Below, in pieces: positions 41,624 to 53,286 of a stretch of DNA of 64,000 bases. Under the pieces are notes generated by a model. It worked only from the letters and a program-made list of their open reading frames with translations. It had not been told where the DNA came from and made no database searches. Positions within the stretch are counted from its first letter, which is position 1; every line of letters begins with the position of its first letter. The DNA comes from Macrostomum lignano (lineage: Eukaryota): assembly GCA_002269645.1 (NCBI GenBank), contig NIVC01000045.1, forward strand, positions 1 through 64,000, read 5' to 3'. The position numbers were made by a program, and so were the translations under genes.

Positions 41624-42933
41624 TACGAGGGGCGATCAAAAAGTTCTGTCACTGCTTAATTTTTTCTGCACACGGGACTTCTCTCTAATTGATTTTGGTT
41701 GTTACCATAGACACATCATGTCCCCTACTTAACCATAACTTTTTTGAAGCCACTCTTGCTTAACTCAAGAATCTGCAGCATTTCTTCATCACCACCCTTG
41801 AGCAACTATGTCAATCTCAAGCGAAGCCATACGTGCCATCATCCATTATGAGTGGAGGCGTGGCACAGCAGCTAAGGATATTGAAGCCCGCTTGGTGATC
41901 AACATGGAGAGTCTGCACCGTCATATCGCACCATATATCATTCGCTGGATTCACAGTTTTGAAGGAGGCAAAGGGGACTTCGAAGACGAACCTCGCAGTG
42001 GCAGACCCAGGACCTCCAACCAGAGTGTTATCGACAGCGTCCAGAGCCTCCTTGACGAGGACACGCGAGTGACTATTGCTGAGATAGCAGAGGCCTGTGG
42101 TATCAGTTATGGCAGCGCGCAGTCCATCCTGACGGTCCAGCTGGGAATGTCGAAGGTTTGTGCCAGATGGGTGCCGAAACTCCTGACTGCGGAGATGCAG
42201 CGCAATCGGATGCAGGCGTGTCAGTACCTGCTCCACCTGATGCAGCACCGCCAAGATGAGTTTCTCGACTCTATCGTGACAGGCGATGAGTCGATGTTCT
42301 CCCTATACGAGCCGGAGACCAAAGCTCAAAGCATGCAGTGGAAGCGCCCCGATGAACCCACTCCGATGAAGGCCAAGACGGTGCCATCAATGAAGAAGCG
42401 GATGGGCACCATCTTCTGGGATCGGCAAGGGGTGCTGCTAATCGAGTGGCTGCCTGAGAAGCGGACGGTTACTGGAGACTCTTACGTTGCCACATTGCGC
42501 CAGCTGAAGGAAGCAATCAAGGAGAAGAGGCGTGGAAAGGTCACTAGGGGCATCCGGCTTCTCCATGACAACCGCCTCGGCGCACACCTGTCACAAGGCG
42601 CAGGCTGCTATCCGCGAGCTGGGGTTCGAGCAGCTCCCTCACCCTGCTCATTCGCCAGACCTGGCCCCATCGGACTTCTGGCTGTTTCCGGCGCTGAAAA
42701 ACTCGCTGCGAGGGCGCCACTGGGCTTCTGTGACTGCACTGGCATCCTCGGTGAACCAGTGGTGCAAACACCAGGATGAAGACTGGTACGCTGCGGGCAT
42801 TCAGAAGCTACCAGAGCGCTGGGCCAAGTGTGTCACTGCGTGGGAACTTTGTTGAGAAAGTGCAGGACGATTAACAGTTACATCGTTGTTTGTTTTGTTT
42901 CTAGTTAGGAAAGTGACAGAACTTTTTCGAGCG
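41624..42933 (+). mobile_element. Mariner (DD34D-type) transposon, decayed
   Basis: Left TIR tacgaggggcgatcaaaaagttctgtcact; right TIR agtgacagaactttttcgagcg is truncated. Transposase from 41808 has FEDEPRSGRP, WVPKLL, TGDES, LHDN, HSPDLAPSDFWLF, with frameshifts near 41900-41945, 42575 and 42835. Confidence 0.92.
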
Positions 42934-43640
42934 AAATGAAACAAAAATCTTGAGTAAAAACTTTGATAGCCATGCAGCTTTTAGTAAAGAAAATGTCTTA
43001 AAAATTAGGTCGCTTGTAACTAGCAGCTACAAAAAAGGGTTTTCTAAATTCCCTAAAAAACGAAACTTAAAAGGTGTCGATCTAGCAGCTACGACAAAAA
43101 ACTAAGAGCTAAAACAGGAAAAGTTTGCAGCAAATAGTAGCTGTCATCATTATAAGAATTAAATATATGCCAGGTGCTTTCACCAAAACGATTAAAACAG
43201 TTTCTTGAAAATAGAAATTTTTCTTTGTAGATAGCAAAAATAGCTCCACTAAGTGCTATAGTAAAGAGTCTAAAAATAATTTAAACTTTAGACATTGATT
43301 TACCTGCAACCAAACTTAAAATTAGGAGCATGCAATATTTCAGATAATAAAAGACTGCTGTAAGCGCTTTTGTTTTTTTCCGGTGTTCTAAATCCACTTT
43401 CCTATCCTACAGCAACACCCAACAGCCTTAATTGCTGTCGTAGTACTCACAGAGGTTACAGACAAGTAATTACGGGATGATGTTAAGAAATCTGTGTGCC
43501 CTTTACTTTAGAAAAAAACTATCATTAACAAAATACGAGTCCTAACAAAGGTAGCAATTAGAAGTAAAAAAGTAACCCATTTATACAAAAAATAATTGTT
43601 TGCTGCAAGCGATAGTAGCTAGCCGGCAGTTACATGCGGT

Positions 43641-46600
43641 CTAATGCTGCTGCTGAACTGCAGCCAAGACCTGCTCTAGTTTTGATTCCATGCTCTTCAT
43701 TCGATGCCTCATTCTCTTTACTTTACCCTCAGTTTTCGCATGAAGCTGCTTGGTTTCAAATCTGTTCCGTTCGCTTTCCTGTAGGAGTAGGCGTACTTGC
43801 TGCTTCACGTCAACTGGGCCCTCGGAAGTCTGACCCCTCTCATTTCCTTCAGGCTTTGCATTCGTCGAATTATCATGCTTGTGGTAGTGTTCCTCTCCTT
43901 GGTGCTTTAAATCTTCAAGCATTTCTTGAACCTCCAATTTCAACTCCGACAGCTCGTTTGCTGTGTGCGCCTTTGCCACGTCGAAGTCGTTTCTGTTCCA
44001 CTGGGTGTCCCGTAGCAGGCGGGAGCGGCAGCGACGGAATTGAATCGCCTGGAACTCCAGAAACCGGTTGTAGTCTGGCGGGTAGAGCGACTTGTCTTGC
44101 CACCAATTCGCACCGTTTACCTGAAACGTTAAAAAAAATTATTCGCTGTCACGATTTTTAGGGCGAAGTACGATTATAAGCCTTACCTGGTCGTTGTCAC
44201 TTCGTCTCTCAGAGTCAGTGGCGCCAGAGTCAGTGGCGCCAGAGTCACCGGCGCCAGAGTCATCGACTGTATTTTGGTTGATACTGCAACTTCGCGATCT
44301 GCAGCTTTCGCAAAATTTCTTCCCAACGTACCGCAGAAAATAGTGCAAGTTCACCAGAAAAGAGAAAGGCGGTGGAATTGTAGGCAACTTATTGTACTCC
44401 TTCAGCATTTTAAAGAATTTCTTTCTCCAAATCCCGGTGGCTACGCCGTAAATTTGAGTGACTCGCAAATTGAAGAGCGCGATCAGCAGGTTCATCATCA
44501 CCACATTCACCAGGCCCATAAAAATGAATATTAGCAAGTAGTAGAACCACTCATATCCTTGTTTGATGGCGACTTCTCCGAGTTTTGTGCTGTTTGGAGA
44601 GGAACTGAGCTTGATTTGATCAAAGTTGCTAAACAGCAAGTTAAACGGCAGGGTGGCAGCCTGAATGAAGACTTCCCAACCGTAGTACGCATTGCCAACG
44701 TGAGCTGTGGGGGCCCAGGCAAAGGAAAACAACAGGCACGTGAAAAATACTCCAAAACAGCAAACAATCACAAGCAGAATTGTCAGAAAGGGCAACAAGT
44801 CGAAATAAATCAGTCTCCCCAGCATGCTGATCATTGGCCCGACGCTCTCAAAGTAGCTCAAAAACGTCACGGAGCGAAAGCAGAAAAGCACAAAGGACGT
44901 GCTTAGGACCATTTGACTTGGATAGGCTTCCTCCAATTTTAGACCATTACCGTAGTAGATCCATCTTGTTACCAGGCCAAGAAATAGAAAAAGAATAGCT
45001 AAAACATCAAAAACATTATTGCAGTCAGCTATGTATGCGGGAATTCGTAGCACGTATTTACCAATTCGGACTGCCTCTTTTGAAGATCTTAGTCTCCAGC
45101 TTTCAGCTATTTCTTGTGAGGCGAACGATAGAAAATAGGCTACTAAAATAGCATCCACCGCAGGCAGTGGAAAGGTAATCTGAAAGTTCAGAATGTACCA
45201 GCCGAAGAAACCAAGGAACCCAACGAAAGCTGTGGTATGGGTCCAAAACTTTGCTCTTGGAGAGTTAATATGGGAAATTTTTGGCCTGCACGGCAGGCAG
45301 TGATAATTGCCGCAACATTCTGAGCACAAAGAATGGGGATCTCTCCACTCATCTCTCGTCAGCGAGTAGATGCAGTCGGTGGCAAACAGATCTAGGCTAT
45401 CGGCTTCTTCCACTAGATCGAGAACGCTTCCGTATTTTATCTCTCTTATGTTCTCACCGGACACTGCGTACGGAAATTGTGGTCCAGAACAGTTCTTACT
45501 GCCTTCTTTGTTATTTTCTTGGGTGCTGCCGCCTGCAATAGTCATTTTTCCCTTTATATATCTGAACAACAGCTTGAGCTCCGATGGGCTAGCGTTGACA
45601 AAAAGTTCATTCAGTGCGTTCATTGCGATGTTTGTGACTTTCTTTTGCAACTGCAGCAGCTGCTCATGCTTGCCTTTTGCCTTAGCTCTCATCCTATTTA
45701 TTTCAGGGCCCAGCTGGATGAGCAAGCTGAGGCAGCACGGAATCAGCTCAAACTGTCTAGTCAGAATTAGCTCAGGCAGGATTTCGTCGCGGTCAAAAAA
45801 TGCGGCCAAGTCTAGAAGTGCCAGCTCTGAAGTGTCATCAACATGAGTCATTCGCTTGAACATGTTATGCCGAAGAAAACTTCTTTGGATACTTTCTTCA
45901 TTATCCAGTGTGCTGATGAAATGCTTCGTGAAGAATGCTTCTGTCTCCTGTGTTATCATGTTTAAGCTGAGTGCTGCACGAAATATCTTTCTGGAGTCCA
46001 TTTCCAGCGCTCTGATCAGAATCATTCTGTCTGTCTTTTGCTTCTTCGTACCCGAGTTTACAGATGTAGTTCCATAGTCATTCGTGATAGTCACGAGAGT
46101 GTTTTGTGCCGCTTGCCTGTCAGGGAGCTTTAGGGCTCGTTGTGGTGGATCTAGAAGGCGCCAAATGTCTGTCATTTTGATCTCCTTGAGATCTTTGTCC
46201 GTGATCTGGGAGTTTTCGCTGGCACTGTTCTTTAATTTTTTATTGTACTCCTTAACAGCTTGAATAAGATCATCGAAATTTCCGTTCTCAAAAGCTAAGT
46301 CAACGCATGATTTTTCTGACTGGGACTTGGACCAAAGCGTTAAATTGTTCTCAAGTAGAAACACAATATTTTGCCGATGGCCGGATGCGCAGGCAAAGTG
46401 CAAGCACGTATCTGCATCCTCAACGTTTTCGCAGGAGCGTGGCTTCACTTTTGACTTGATAAGGCTGTATTTGTCCTTGGTATTCAATAGAATCTTCATA
46501 GAACCAAGCATTACCTGCAGATTGTATTGGCCTGAGAACGTGTGAATTAGGTGAGCACCTGTTTTTGAATTGACTAAAATTTTTTTAAAGATCGTAGCAG

Positions 46601-48370
46601 CCTCATCGTCGGACGGAATCTTCTCTAACAGCTTGCATAGAACTGAAGTGTCTAGTTTTGTTGCGTGCAGGCAGTTCAAGTTGAGATTGTTTAGAGCCTC
46701 TGCGTTTACATTCTTACTAACAAGCAGTTTGAATCGATCCAAAATCAATTTCGCGTTTTTGTCATTCTTCAGAGTTGGCTCTGTTGAGCCAATTGCTGCT
46801 TTCATTTTTGTCTTCATCAGCGAATGCAGCAAAGTATTTCCTGCTGCGTCTGTGCGCTGGAGCTCCTCTTCTGGCATTTTGTTAATCAGGTGCTCCATAG
46901 TAAATCGTTGGGAATGCGAAACTTGGACAATCGGCTCTTCTTGATCCATTAGGTCGATTGCTAGATGAAGCACTGACTGATTTTTGTTGTTTCTCTTCCG
47001 CAGAATCTTTGAAGCTTCATTCGCCGCAAGTACTCCATATTGTTCAAACAGAATGCGAAAGAGCTCACTTTTGTCCTGCCTTTTGGCACCGATGTGGAAA
47101 ATCGTGTTGCCCGATTTATCGGCTATGAGAAGACCGCCGATTTGTTTTAAATGTTTATGAAGCAGCTCATTGACAGTTTGTAACTGACAGTTTTCGACAG
47201 CGTAATGTAAAACAGTTGATTTTTGTTTGTTTTGAACAAGTAGACATCCTGGATCGTTGGATATTTCAGCTTTTTTATCCGTTTGCTGGCTGAACTGACC
47301 ACTCCATTCACTCCATCGCTGCATGCGAGATGCACTTTTCAGACGTATTGTTTCTAAGATGGGTTTATTACTTGGCTCATCTGCATTTTTCTGACGCTTT
47401 GCTGCTACAACCCCTACAGCCTCAAGGAGTACATCATCTTGATCAGAGCACTGAGCAATAGCGTGCAGACACGTGTCGCCCTGTTTGTCTCTCAACTCGT
47501 ACCAACTTGGCACCCCTGACGACGCTTTTTTAATCAACTTGTGAGCCCTTTCCTTGCTGCATTTTTTAAGGGCCACATGTAGAACTGTTTCTCCATTTTT
47601 GTTGGCGGACTTTAGCTTAGCAGCATCTAAATTCATTTGTGTTTCTAAATGGCCAAGGGCATCGGCGGAATTTCTGGCAGCAAAATGGGCCACACCGTTG
47701 CCGTCGACATCTTTGTCCGTCAGCAAGTCACTGGCATTTTTAATGCCATCGATGATTTCCTCGAGAACACCTTCGTCTCGGCAGTGCTCTAACACTTTAT
47801 GCAACACAGTCTCATTTCTATTGTTTTTCCACTTCCAGCACATGGTGGAGGATTTTTCATTTATCTTGAGAATCGTTTTTGGGGATACCGAGTTTTTGGC
47901 AGCCCAGTGAGCACACGTGTCTCCATTTGAGTCTTTGAGACGCAATAGACTGAATGATTTTTGCGACTTGATTAGTTTTGTGAAGTTTTGATCCCAAGAC
48001 TCGGCGGAATGGTAGCGGGCCGATAGTTGTAGAGGTGTTATTTTGTCCTCGTCTGGAGTTGTTAGACAGTTTGGCCCGAACTGCTTAACTATTTCAGTGA
48101 GCAAACTTTCCCCATCCCTATGCTTGGCGGCATAGTGAGCAGCGGTCCTGAGGTGGTCATCTTGAAACTCCAGAAGTTTCAGTCCTGGAGTTTGGAGTCC
48201 TGGATATCGGAATTCTGGAGTCCTGGATATCGTAATAAAATCAAGAGCCGTCTCGAATTTTTTTTGCTTGCGTACAGAAGCAATTCTTCGCTTGGATCGG
48301 CACTGATCTCATCTTCGTCGCTATCATCGTAATCACTAGCCACTTGGTCAGCTTCCGCTTGATTCTCCAT
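43641..48370 (-). CDS. TRP cation channel with an N-terminal ankyrin array and TRPM-type transmembrane region
   Basis: Giant exon 48370-44187 (one -1 offset at the T8 run 48258-48265) plus exon 44120-43641. About 15 ANK motifs (TAAHYAA, TCAHWAA, TVLHVAL, TVLHYAV, TCLHFAC); S1 SPRAKFWTHTTAFVGFL; S4-S5 GPMISMLGRLIYFDLLPFL; S6 VNVVMMNLLIALF; TRP box WRKKFFKMLKEYNKLPTIPPPF; C-terminal coiled coil. Confidence 0.88.
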
Positions 48371-49859
48371 CGTCCGGAAGCTTTGATAGCCTGGCGCGGC
48401 AGATCTAACCTGAGAATTAGCGATTGGATTTCTTAAAATATAATTTCATGTCATTACGAATTTTAGCAACCACAGTAATGACTGGTAAGGTACAAGAGTC
48501 ATTCTAAAAGTCCTTTGTATTTGTTTTTAATTCTAAGGTAAAAGTATTTTGGTTTTACTTATCAATGTATGTACACAATTGTTGTGTACCACCTGGCACA
48601 AGCCTTAATTGGTATATTTAACATCCAAGAAGAAGTCTTTGTGTTTGTGTCTATGGAACTCAATGAAGTGAGCTTTGGCAATGTCCTTTTTAGGACTGAT
48701 CTTAGAATTTAATTTTAAGCGTAATTCAATAAAATTTTATGTATTTTATTTCTAGACGGGACCATGAAATCAACTACATCCCGCTGGCTGTGTAACAATG
48801 TCGCTTAAAGTGCGCCAGGTGTGCACACAGCCCCTGCTTCGAATACTAAGTTAGAACTGCGCTGATTCATGCTTGGGTTTAAATATTTTAATGCGCCCAG
48901 ATTTGTTGTTTAAGGTCCAATATTTGGCTTCGCATTGTTTAGGTAGTTTAATTTAGGTTAGGTTAGGCTTAGTTTACGTTCGATTAAGGTTGGGTTAGGT
49001 TATGTTAGGGTTTAGATTAGGTTTAGGGTTTAGGTTAGGTTTAGGTTGTTGGCTATTGTTGGCACTTGGAAGTCAATTCACCTAGACCTTATCAATCTGG
49101 AGTGCCATCCTAAGACAGCTTTTTATATCAATGTGTCTATCGTAATTTGTCTCAATTTTTTTTTTCATTTCTGCGTCTGAAGCAGCGTGAATTCGATGAT
49201 GCACTCGCGAAGAAGTTGCAACTAATCAGTTGTACACCGAATTCAGGAATTTTTGCTCATCCATGGTGATTGGAGCTTCAAAAGGCTTTTTGTGTATCAA
49301 TTTAAAAAAAAAATTTTTCTTAGTTAAAAAACGCTCATTTTGCTACTGATAAGTAAGCTGATGAGAAAATTTACCGCGAGTTTTGAATTGGGTTCTTGTT
49401 GGCAAAGTCAAGTATCCTAGCGGTTGTGGGCCGATCTAAAAAAGTTGAGGTAAGGGTGGTCACTGATTGCATATTTGTTAATTCATTGTTACTTATTGTG
49501 GCAATTCTAATTTATTTTTTGTAATTAATTTTGTACTTTTGTACTTTTGTACTTTGTTTGATAGAAACATGGAACTCGCCTATTTAGTGTTTAACACTCT
49601 TAGTATAGTACGTCTGTCTTTAGTATAGTACGAGCGTACCTCCTTTATCATAAAGAGTTTGTTCGCAGGGGAGGTTATGACCACAAATCAAGGTGCGGAG
49701 ACAGTTTAACGAGACAAGTTGTTCTTCCTATGCATACAATACATCAATGTACTTCAGCAGGCGCACTCAAAGCAGAATATACAACAGTCATAACTTTTGA
49801 ATCATCAAGCATCGCAAATACTTTGCACTGTGTGGCTTCTCTTTGAACTGAGTTAAGGA

Positions 49860-50462
49860 TTGGAATGGATTAAGGATTAAACTGGATTAATGATTTGACT
49901 GGATTAAAGATTGAACTGGATTAATGATTTGACTGGAATAAGGATTGGTCTGGATTAAAGATTAAGCTGGATTAAGAACTGAACAGGATTAAGGATTTGA
50001 CTGGATTATGGATTTGACTGGAAAAATGATTGGTCTGGATTAAAGATTAAGCTGGATTAAGGACCGAACAGGATTAAGTATTTGACTGGATTATGGATTT
50101 GACAGGATTAATGATTTGACAGGATTAAGGATCTTACTGGATTAAGGATTGAACTAGATTGAGGATTTGACTGGATTGAGGATTTGACTGGATTGAGGAT
50201 TTGACTGGATTGAGGATTTGACTGGATTGAGGATTTGACTGGATTAAGGATTGAACTGGATTAAGAATTGAACTGGATTAAGGATTGAACTGGATTAAGG
50301 ATTGAACTGGATTAAGAATTGAACTGGATTAAGGATTGGAATGGATTAAGGATTGAACTGGATTAAGGATTGAACTGGATTAAGGATTTGACCGGATTAA
50401 GGATTGAACTGGATTAAGGATTTGACTGGATTAAGGATTTGACCGGATTAAGGATTGAACTG
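49860..50462. repeat. 17-bp tandem repeat (ggattaaggattgaact and variants)
   Basis: Read directly. Confidence 0.92.
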
Positions 50463-51107
50463 TGATCTATACCATTTAATGGCTGTCAGAATTAGTCAAA
50501 GTCTGCGTTATCATAATATTTAATCAAAAGCTGTGAAGGCTTCATGCAACTTACAGAATTTTTAGAATGTCGGAAGACTCAACAAAGTTCAATTTCTAAT
50601 TTTCAGCGCCTGAAGTGAGAATCTTTCTGGTTTACTGTCTTTATCAAGTCAGAGCAGCCTTCGCATTACATCTACTGTATATAGCTGAGTGAAAATGAAA
50701 CTCATATTCTGCCTCTGGGCGACTTAACCCCCAACCCACCACCTCATCTTTTAAGTGGAGTTAGAGTGCAATGAAATTCATTCTTCGCTGCTGAGTTATT
50801 TTTATAATACGAAACTGGACTAAATTTTTAGTCGCGGGTGCAAGACTTTGCGCTTCGGTGCTGTAATGCGGGCTCTGCTCAGATTTCTATCTTCTCTTCA
50901 TTTTTCTACGAGAATTAGTCTTAATTCTAAACAGCTCTATCTCTTTTCATGCTTCAGTGCTCTGGGCGTTTCTATACAGAGTGCCTGCTTGGATTAGAAA
51001 CTGTGTAGGCGTTCACTGCAGTGCTTTTTTGTCTAATTGTACATGTACGAGTATATTTATAAAGTTTGCGAGTCCGCTTCTGAGTTCTTTTAAGATAAGC
51101 ACTGCTT

Positions 51108-51158
51108 GTCTGTCTGTCTGCCTGTCTGTCTGTCTGTCTGTCTGCCTGTCTGTCTGTT

Positions 51159-51208
<50 letters not shown>

Positions 51209-51361
51209 CCTGTCTGTCTGTCTGTCTGCCTGTTTGTCTGTCTGCCAGTCTGTCTGTCTGTCTGCCTGTTTGTCTGTCTGCCAGTCTGTCTGTCTGTCTG
51301 CCTGTCTGTCTGTTTGTCTGTCTGCCAGTCTGCCTGTCTGTCTGTTTGTCTGTCTGCCAGT

Positions 51362-51392
<31 letters not shown>

Positions 51393-51471
51393 CCTGTCTG
51401 TCTGTTTGTCTGCCAGTCTGTCTGTCTGTCTGTCTGTCTGCCTGCCTGTCTGTCTGTTTGTCTGTCTGCCA

Positions 51472-51503
<32 letters not shown>

Positions 51504-51549
51504 GCTTGTCTGTCTGTCTGTCTGCCAGTCTGTCTGCCTGTCTGCCTGC

Positions 51550-51580
<31 letters not shown>

Positions 51581-51585
51581 CCAGT

Positions 51586-51616
<31 letters not shown>

Positions 51617-51742
51617 CCTGTCTGTCTGTTTGTCTGTCTGCCAGTCTGTCTGTCTGTCTGCCTGTCTGTCTGTTTGTCTGTCTGCCAGTCTGTCTGTCTG
51701 TCTGTCTGTCTGCCTGTCTGCCTGCCTTAGTGTCTGTCTGTC
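51108..51742. repeat. (TCTG)n microsatellite
   Basis: Read directly. Confidence 0.97.
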
Positions 51743-52337
51743 AGAGTCTGTACGTATTTCTTAGATTTTAGCCAATAGAGAAATTTCAGTCAACGACTTT
51801 CTTACTAGTAGAAAGAATTGCCTTCGTTTGCATAAAAAAACTATATTTTTCTATTTGAATTACATGAAAAATGTTCCAAGCTTGATTTAAAACTTCGCTT
51901 TTGCCGTTTGGTTTGTCTCTCAGCCAACTCCGGCCTTAGCTACATTATGCTACGGATCGTGCATTTGATTATGGTGTTGCTTCATTTTTGTGTCTTTATG
52001 CATTTACAAGTCTGTAGTTTTCAAAAAAAGTTTTCATTTCTTAATTTTATTCCCCTCTGACAACGTCTGAAGGCTTTGTTAAACTGCTAAGTTTCCAAGA
52101 ACTTGACCACCCATACCTTGAAATGATGACTCCTAGTCACTAGACTGAAGATGAACTGTCAGAGATTCAGAGATTCAAACTAAAATTTTCATTAGTTCAT
52201 TTTTACCCAACAAGCCTGCTTTGGGACAGATTTCTCGCAGGTAAAAATCTTCACACGGGAGATTTTCGCTTAACCAGGCCCAGAGCCTCCAAGCGGCGTC
52301 CGAGCGGCTTAAAGATGGACAGGTTCCGCCGAGGATC

Positions 52338-52358
52338 GGAATGCAGCTGCAACAGCTG
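52338..52358 (+). promoter_or_regulatory. Candidate muscle enhancer: MCAT (GGAATG) plus paired E-boxes (CAGCTG x2)
   Basis: ggaatgcagctgcaacagctg about 930 bp upstream of the myosin ATG in a GC-rich island. Confidence 0.4.
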
Positions 52359-53085
52359 CCTGCACGCGGCCCCCGGGTGACATTTACCATTCACCAAGTT
52401 TTTTCCCGGCTCCAGGGGCTGCTGATAGTTTGTGCTGATTTTTGCTCTAATCTGCCAGCGCTTATAACTAGGGGGCCGCGTGCCCGCGTCGTTCCAGCCG
52501 AGCTGTCAATCAGAATTTTCGCCCAAGTTTGCTCCCATCTGGTTTTGCGGGTTTTCGTGGATCGGTCGGTCTCTCCCTGAAGACCTCGGCAGAATGTTAA
52601 CCAGCCCCCAGCTTCTAATCCTCATGACCCGGCTTCCTGTGTCTCCTAGTCTCCTATCAATGCAATTTCCTGGGAGAAGAAATTCTCCTTTCTTTCTAGC
52701 GGCACCCAGGGGAGGGGCCGGAATCCTGCTTTGGAATCGGCAGTCCCACCGTCTTCTACCCTGATCAGCGATGGAAATCTTTTCTGCAACAGAGTTTCAA
52801 CCATCCCATCCAGTAAATATCCTACAGTTTCTTTCCACTTGGTGATTCTCATTCAGTAGGAATTCATAGAATGATATGCAATTTTCATTCTATCAATTTC
52901 GATGGCGCACTTTGCTGTAATTATCTTATGTTATTATAGTTTGGTTCAAGCAAAATCTTTATAGATGTGCGATGCATGATGCAAAAGACGAATGCAAAAC
53001 TGGGTAGTATGGGCTGACGCAGATCGATAATAAGGCTCCGAGAGACGAGCCCTGGTTGGTCTGTCAGCAAAAAGCATCGATTTGA

Positions 53086-53095
53086 CCAAATTTGG
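53086..53095 (+). promoter_or_regulatory. CArG box (SRF site)
   Basis: CCAAATTTGG = CC(A/T)6GG, about 190 bp upstream of the myosin ATG. Confidence 0.55.
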
Positions 53096-53286
53096 ACATC
53101 GGCGGGCTGAGGACCGTCCCACCCCGGATCCCCCCTCCCCTCTCGCCAGGGTTTCGTCTCGGCTCTGACGCAAATCGGTTAAAACTCGCTCCTCCGTGGG
53201 GAACTTCCTCCTGCCGCCCGACATCCTTGATTCAGTCAGCCCGTCAGAATCTGTCAGTGTTCCCTTGAGCCGCCGCAACAGCAATC

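Noticed and set aside
44274-47910. Multiple plus-strand ORFs overlapping the TRP gene
   Set aside because: Antisense shadows of the long minus-strand ORF.
48950-49045. TTAGG/TTAGGG-like run as an interstitial telomere
   Set aside because: Short and irregular; similar ggttagg tracts are common in invertebrate dispersed repeats.
52175-53284. Short ORFs upstream of myosin
   Set aside because: No homology motifs; the region is better explained as promoter or 5' regulatory DNA.
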